From: an uncultured Chloroflexia bacterium
Lineage (GTDB): Bacteria; Chloroflexota; Anaerolineae; JAAYZQ01
Assembly (NCBI GenBank): GCA_963700285.1
Contig: CAVOXA010000010.1
Location: 448,001 to 512,000 of the forward strand
Length of the DNA stretch: 64,000 nucleotides
Direction of reading: 5' to 3'
How positions within the stretch are numbered: position 1 is the first letter of the stretch; each line of letters begins with the position of its first letter. A program made the position numbers and the translations under genes. The notes beneath the pieces are model-generated. The model was not told the origin of the DNA, ran no database searches, and saw nothing but the letters and a program-made list of their open reading frames with translations. Below are positions 58,356 through 64,000 of the stretch, one piece after another.

Positions 58356-58449
58356 CTTGACAATTCGATCGGGTAATTCAGAACATCATCAGCAAGAACT
58401 GTGAGGGGCCAGTCCCGGTCCAACTCTATTACCCGCTCAAGTTGTCAAG
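58356..58449. repeat. Imperfect 22-bp inverted repeat with 50-bp spacer (possible MITE or IS scar)
   Basis: cttgacaattcgatcgggtaat versus the reverse complement of attacccgctcaagttgtcaag: 19 of 22 match. Confidence 0.45.
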
Positions 58450-58511
58450 ATCTGCATGTGCCGACCTAAACGAGCATTTCGGCGGTTTGACTACCAAACC
58501 TAGAGAGGAGA

Positions 58512-59476
58512 ATGGCCTTGAGCTTTCTGAAAAAGGCTTCTCAGCCTGCTGCAGCATCAGCGCGTAACCCTGCAGGCGCAGCAGCAGAGGTACCGGTGAT
58601 GGTCCAGCGACATACCGGCGAAAAGTGGCTGTCGGTTGCCTTCCTGGCGCCGGCCCTGATCTTCCTACTGTTTACCAACGTGTACCCGTTACTGTATTCG
58701 CTACGCCTGAGCTTCTATAGTTGGAACATGATGGTCCCGCTGAGCGTGCCAAAGTTCGTCGGACTGGAGAACTATACCGATCTGCCCTCGGATCCGGTGT
58801 TCCTCATCGCCGTCAAACAGACGCTAGTCTTTGTTATCGCGGCGGTGACCATCGAGTTTCTGATTGGGATGGGCCTGGCGCTGCTGGCAACCTCTCGGAT
58901 AAGGGCCATGGGTGTGATCCGGACTGTACTCTTGGTACCCCTCATGATGACGCCCGTCGTGGCCGGCATTCTATGGCGCACCATCTACCACCCCCAATAC
59001 GGGGTCATCAACTGGCTGATCAGCCTGATTGGCATCCCGCCCCAGACGTGGCTGGGGAACCCGAACCAGGCGATGCCGGCCGTCATCGCCGTCGAGGTAT
59101 GGCAGCAGCTCCCGGTGGTCATCTTTGTCCTGGCCGCCGGCATCCAGTCGCTGCCCACAGACCTGTACAAAGCGGCCGAGGTCGATGGCTCATCGCTGTG
59201 GCAGACCTTTCGCTACATCACATTGCCTCTGCTGAAACCGGTGATCATTGTTATCCTGATGCTGCGCATCATGGACGCCTTCAAGATCTTTGACATCATC
59301 TATATGCTAACCTATGGCGGCCCGGGCGGCAGACCGAGGTCATGTCGATGTTGATCTACAAACAGGGGTTGAAGTACTTCCAGGTTGGCGAGGCTGCCGC
59401 CATGTCCTGGGTCTTTCTGCTGGCCATCTTTTTGATCTCTTTGTACTTTATCCGCCAGTTGCTGCGTGGAAATTAG
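58512..59476 (+). CDS. Carbohydrate ABC permease; -1 frameshift near 59330
   Basis: FVGLENY, LYKAAEVDG, FDIIYMLTYGGPG; continues in the shifted frame as TEVMSMLIYKQGLKYFQVGEAAAMS...LRGN*. Confidence 0.85.
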
Positions 59477-59488
59477 GAAGGAAGAGGC

Positions 59489-60334
59489 ATGCTGAGCTAT
59501 CGTACCAAACGTACCATTTCCAACGTGGGTCTCTATGTCCTGACGGGCGTGGTTCTTGTCGTCATTGCCTTCCCCCTTTACTGGCTGCTGATCACCTCGG
59601 TCAAGCTGGACATTGATGTGGCGCACTTTCCGCCGGTTTTCTTTCCAAAGCGGTTTACAATGGACAACTATACCAGCGTCTTCCAGACCGAAAACGCCAC
59701 CAAGTTCTGGATCAACAGCATTGTCACGGCCCTCACAACGACCTTTCTCACCTGCCTCCTGGGCTCGATGGCCGCCTATGCGCTGGCCAAGACCTATTTG
59801 GCCTCGACCATACGGCAGATTCTGATCCTGTGGATCCTGGTGACCCGCATCTTTCCTCCGGTCACGACAGCCATTCCCTACTTTATCATTATCAAGAACC
59901 TGGGACTGGCGGATACGCGTTTCTCGCTGATCCTGACCTACACTTCGTACGGCCTGCCCTTTGTCATCTGGCTGATGCTGGGCTTTTTCCAGGATCTGCC
60001 TGCCGATATCGAGAAAGCGGCCATCGTCGACGGCTGCGGCATGTGGCAGCGTTTTACCCAGGTTATCCTGCCCCTGACGCTGCCTGGGCTGGCTGTCACG
60101 GCCATATTTGCCTTTATCGCTGCCTGGAATGAATTTCTCTTTGCCTCGATCCTGACCTCCTTCAATGCCAAGACTTTGCCGGTGGTCATCTCGGGCTACA
60201 TGTCCGACAAGTACTTGCGCTGGGGGGAGATGTCGGCTCTGGGCACCATGATGATCGTGCCGGTACTGATTTTCGCGGCCGCGACGCAAAAGTACCTGGT
60301 TCGGGGCCTCACCTTTGGCGCAGTGAAGGGCTGA
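59489..60334 (+). CDS. Carbohydrate ABC permease
   Basis: LPADIEKAAIVDGC, AWNEFLFA, GLTFGAVKG. Confidence 0.9.
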   Translation: MLSYRTKRTISNVGLYVLTGVVLVVIAFPLYWLLITSVKLDIDVAHFPPVFFPKRFTMDNYTSVFQTENATKFWINSIVTALTTTFLTCLLGSMAAYALAKTYLASTIRQILILWILVTRIFPPVTTAIPYFIIIKNLGLADTRFSLILTYTSYGLPFVIWLMLGFFQDLPADIEKAAIVDGCGMWQRFTQVILPLTLPGLAVTAIFAFIAAWNEFLFASILTSFNAKTLPVVISGYMSDKYLRWGEMSALGTMMIVPVLIFAAATQKYLVRGLTFGAVKG

Positions 60335-60357
60335 GTATCATTTGACTCGGAGGTACT

Positions 60358-61458
60358 ATGGCAGAAATACGCTTTGAGCACATGACCAAAAAATTCGGCC
60401 CGGTAGTGGCCGTTCGCGACCTTAATCTGACCGTCGCCGACAAAGAGTTCCTCACCCTGGTCGGCCCCAGTGGTTGCGGTAAATCGACCACGCTCAACGT
60501 CCTGGCAGGTCTGGAGGATCCATCGGAGGGTCTGGTCTACATCGATGACCAGATCGTCAACGAGTTTCCGCCGGGCAAGCGGGACATCGCCATGGTTTTC
60601 CAGAGCTACGCCCTCTACCCGCACATGACAGTCCGGGAGAACATTGGCTTTGGCCTCAAAGTCCGCAAGATGGACAAAGAAGAGATCAACAGACGGGTGG
60701 AGGAGGCCGCCTCGCTGTTGGGCATCGGGCCGTTGCTGGAGAGGCGACCGCGCGAGCTCAGCGGCGGCCAGCGCCAGCGCGTCGCCCTGGGGAGGGCCAT
60801 TACCCGCGAGCCCAAGGTGTTCCTGCTGGACGAACCCTTGAGTAATCTGGATGCCAAGCTCCGAACCCAGATGAGGGCCGACCTCAAGCTGCTCTTTAAC
60901 CGTCTGGGAGGAACTGTCGTTTATGTGACCCACGACCAGGCGGAGGCCATGACCTTGAGCGACCGCGTAGTCGTCATGCGCGATGGGCTCGTACAGCAAG
61001 CGGGGCCACCGCTGGGACTCTACGACGACCCGGACAATCTCTTTGTAGCCGGCTTCCTCGGCAACCCGACCATGAACTTTTTATCCTGCAGCGCATCCCG
61101 GGAGGACGATCGGTTGGTCCTGGCAACCAATGGTACCCGCTGGCCGGTGGCCCTGGACCAGGCGGATGCCATCCTGGCGCAGATCCAGGACAAAGCGATC
61201 CTGGGCATCCGGCCCGAAGACGTCACCGTCGCCCTGCCCGGCCAGTTGGATGAAGAGCACTCGGTGCCTTGCACCATCGAGGTTGTGGAGCACATGGGCT
61301 CGCTCAACATCATCTATGCCAGCATTGAAGGCAACCGCATTATCGCCACCATGGAGAGCGCCTTTAGCGCAGGTTCAGGCGACCCAGCGCGGATAGCCTT
61401 TGACCCAGACAAGATCCGCCTCTTTAACGTGGACACAGAGAACAGAATCCGCGTGTAA
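60358..61458 (+). CDS. Sugar ABC transporter ATP-binding protein (MalK/UgpC-like)
   Basis: GPSGCGKST, FQSYALYPH, LSGGQRQR, LDEPLSNLD, VTHDQ. Confidence 0.95.
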   Translation: MAEIRFEHMTKKFGPVVAVRDLNLTVADKEFLTLVGPSGCGKSTTLNVLAGLEDPSEGLVYIDDQIVNEFPPGKRDIAMVFQSYALYPHMTVRENIGFGLKVRKMDKEEINRRVEEAASLLGIGPLLERRPRELSGGQRQRVALGRAITREPKVFLLDEPLSNLDAKLRTQMRADLKLLFNRLGGTVVYVTHDQAEAMTLSDRVVVMRDGLVQQAGPPLGLYDDPDNLFVAGFLGNPTMNFLSCSASREDDRLVLATNGTRWPVALDQADAILAQIQDKAILGIRPEDVTVALPGQLDEEHSVPCTIEVVEHMGSLNIIYASIEGNRIIATMESAFSAGSGDPARIAFDPDKIRLFNVDTENRIRV

Positions 61459-61578
61459 GAGCCGGTACATTACAGCGGAAGGCGAAGGTGTCGGGTCGGA
61501 AGATAGATCTTGACCCATCAGGTGGGCTCGAAAGGGCTCGGTCTGGAGACCGTCGCCTACCGACAGGAGCTATCAGGC

Positions 61579-63009
61579 ATGAAGAGAGGGTTTGAGGCCA
61601 TCAAGCTGGGGTACGTGCCTATCAGCAAGTTCGTATTCAGCGCCGAGGACGCCCGTCGCTACAAGGCGCTGGTGCAGGCCAAGCTGGACGAATGGGGTAT
61701 CCACTATACCAACATCGACGGCGTGACCAATGACGGCATGCTCTACAAGCACGAGGACTTGCCCCGGGTCATCGAGCACCTGCGGGCCGAGGGTGTGGAC
61801 GCCGTCTTTTGCCCGCACTGCAACTTTGGCACCGAGGACATCGCCGCCCTGCTGGGGCGTGAGATGGGCCTGCCCTATTTGCTCTGGGGGCCGAGGGACG
61901 AGTTGCCCCTGCCCGGCGGCGCACGCCTGCGGGACACCCAATGCGGCCTGTTTGCCACCAGCCACGTGCTCCGGCGCCTGAACGTGCCCTTTACGTACAT
62001 CCTCAACTCGCGCGTACATGACCCTGTCTTTGAGCGAGGTGTAAAGAACTTTGTACGGGTGGCGTCGGTGGTCAAGGCCTTCCGTTCACTACGCATCGGG
62101 CAGATCGGGCAGCGCGTGGATTTCTTCTGGTCGACCATCATCAACGAGGCCGAGCTGCTGGAAAAGTTTGGCATCGAGGTCTGGCAGATCTATATCAGCG
62201 ACGTCGTGTCAGAGATCAGGCGCAGGCTGGAGGCTCGGGACGACGAACTCTTGACCAGGACCGAGGAGGTCAAGAGCCAGGTAGGTTTCAAGTCGCTCGA
62301 CGAGCAGCAGATACTGGCCATCGTGGCCCTGAACCTGACGATGAAAGAGATGGCGGCCCGGCAAAAGCTGTCGGCCATCGCCCTGCAATGCTTCCCCGTC
62401 CTGCAGCAGGAATTTGGTATCTACCCCTGCCTGGCCAATAGCCTGCTGGGTATTGAGGGTTTGCCGGTGATATGCGAGACCGACATCCACGGCGCCATCA
62501 CTGCCTGCCTGCTCCAGGCGGCGAATCTCTACCAGGACTCGGTCTTTTTTGCCGACATGACCATCCGCCACCCGGAAAACGACCAGGCGGAACTGCTATG
62601 GCACTGTGGCTCTTTCCCGCTGGACCTGGTTGACGAGGGGGTAGAACCCTTTGCCGGGGAACACTTTATTATGCCCGGCACGGAGGCGGGCGTGGGACAT
62701 TGGCGCATCAAGGGCGGCGACGTCACCATCGCCCGCTTTGAGCAGGCGGGGGGCAACTACTACCTGGCCATGGGCCAGGGACGGGGCACAACAGGGCCGC
62801 ACACGGTTGGCGCCTACCTGTGGTTCGAGGTGGACGATTGGACCAAGTGGGAGCGCAAGTTCATCTACGGCCCCTATATCCACCATGTGGCGGGGATACA
62901 CGGCCAGGCCGCGCCCATCCTCTACGAGGCATGCAAATACCTTGGCCTCAATCCCGACCCCATCGAACCTGCAGGCCAGGCGTTGGAGGACTTTTGGTGG
63001 GAGGCATGA
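61579..63009 (+). CDS. L-fucose/L-arabinose isomerase family protein
   Basis: HCNFGTE, RDTQCG, CETDIHGA, LWHCG, GPYIHH. Confidence 0.85.
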   Translation: MKRGFEAIKLGYVPISKFVFSAEDARRYKALVQAKLDEWGIHYTNIDGVTNDGMLYKHEDLPRVIEHLRAEGVDAVFCPHCNFGTEDIAALLGREMGLPYLLWGPRDELPLPGGARLRDTQCGLFATSHVLRRLNVPFTYILNSRVHDPVFERGVKNFVRVASVVKAFRSLRIGQIGQRVDFFWSTIINEAELLEKFGIEVWQIYISDVVSEIRRRLEARDDELLTRTEEVKSQVGFKSLDEQQILAIVALNLTMKEMAARQKLSAIALQCFPVLQQEFGIYPCLANSLLGIEGLPVICETDIHGAITACLLQAANLYQDSVFFADMTIRHPENDQAELLWHCGSFPLDLVDEGVEPFAGEHFIMPGTEAGVGHWRIKGGDVTIARFEQAGGNYYLAMGQGRGTTGPHTVGAYLWFEVDDWTKWERKFIYGPYIHHVAGIHGQAAPILYEACKYLGLNPDPIEPAGQALEDFWWEA

Positions 63010-64000
63010 AGTCCAGGGAGCGGTTACTGATGGCGCTGGACCACAGGGAGCCCGACCGGGTACCGGTGGATCTGTGGTTCACCTCCGAAGTCGAGGACCG
63101 CCTGTCAGCCGAACATAGGGGCCTGCGCGGCGTTGAACTGCGTGTGGCCCTGGGCCACGATCTGCTCATGACCGGCTCGCCCAACATCGGCGCCAGCTAT
63201 GAGCTCCCCGGCACGCCTGACGAGTACGTGTGCGAGTGGGGCGTGCGCTGGAAATGGATCACCAATCCCGCTGGCGGCCGCTATACGGAGACGGTGGGGC
63301 ATCCCCTGGCTGGAGAACGAGATCTGGGCGCGTACCGGATGCCAGATCCGCTGGGCCCCTCCATGCAGCGCATCTACCAGGAGGCCCGGGACCTGGTAGA
63401 GCGTTATGGGCACACGCACGCCATCTTTGGCAGCTTGTACCAGACGATTTTTGAGGCCGCCTGGCTGTTGCGGGGCATGGAGAACCTATTGATGGACATG
63501 GCCAGCCAACAAGGATTTTGCCCACGAGCTTTTCGAGCGGCTGACCGAGTACAGCCTGGTAGCTGGCCGGGAGCTGATCGCCCAGGGTATTGACGTGCTG
63601 TGGCTGGGCGATGATTTCGGCACACAACAAGCGATGCTGATCTCGCCCCGGATGTGGCGCGAGTTCATCAAGCCCCGCTATGCCCGGCTCATCGAGGCTT
63701 ACAAAGCGCAGAACCCAGACCTCAAGATCGCCTATCACTGCGACGGCTACTTTGAGCCGATCATCCCCGAATTGATCGAGATTGGCCTGGACGCACTGAA
63801 CCCAGTACAGCCTCTGGCCATGGACCCGGCTGAGGCCAAACGGAAATATGGCGACCGGCTATCGTTCTGGGGCACCGTGGACACGCAGCACACCTTCCCT
63901 TTTGGGACGCCTCAGGACGTGGAAGACGAGGTACGCAAGCGCTTGCGCACCGTGGCGCCTGGCGGGGGTTTGATCCTATGCTCTTCCCACCGGGTTCAGC
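63006..64000 (+). CDS. UroD/MtaA-like protein, partial; +1 frameshift near 63507
   Basis: MKSRERLLMALDHREPDRVP, RGMENLL; shifted frame gives NKDFAHEL...GDDFGTQ...ISP..WREFIKP...YHCDG...NPVQP...FWGTVDTQ...CSSHRVQ. Confidence 0.85.

Noticed and set aside
13640-63510. Programmed ribosomal frameshifting at the five broken genes
   Set aside because: No common slippery heptamer or stimulatory structure, mixed directions, and gene families not known for recoding.

Overview
GC-rich bacterial DNA, probably from an anaerobic Chloroflexota (Anaerolineae-like) genome. That placement is inferred from VEKEV-repeat lipoprotein binding proteins and GTAG-type REP palindromes. The whole 64 kb is a dense catabolic island of about 54 CDS. 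A leftward nan-like operon (1-7.9 kb) encodes an Asp-box propeller, NanE, a BadF-type kinase, a cupin isomerase, an AGE epimerase, a TIGR04076 protein and three UroD/MtaA-like proteins. A long rightward run follows, with a DHDPS-family lyase, several oxidoreductases, aminotransferases, deacylases, two sulfatases, isomerases, an MttB-family methyltransferase, a 2-oxoacid dehydrogenase E1/E2, a DeoR regulator and three ABC importers. The most notable features are: (i) eight UroD/MtaA-fold paralogues with varied metal-ligand motifs and no corrinoid protein in view; (ii) three small paralogous four-cysteine proteins of unknown function flanking one of them; (iii) an amidohydrolase-class III aminotransferase fusion and other enzymes typical of surface-sugar biosynthesis loci, here in a degradative setting; (iv) a shared mRNA layout around all three binding-protein genes (orphan upstream Shine-Dalgarno, identical AAAAAGGGAGGAA RBS, downstream hairpins); (v) several gene remnants (DeoR, MttB, UroD, DAK2) and a solitary attC-like site. 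Five genes carry single-base frameshifts, most likely assembly indels. No rRNA, tRNA, CRISPR array or intact transposase was seen. All functional calls come from motif recognition by eye, not from database searches.
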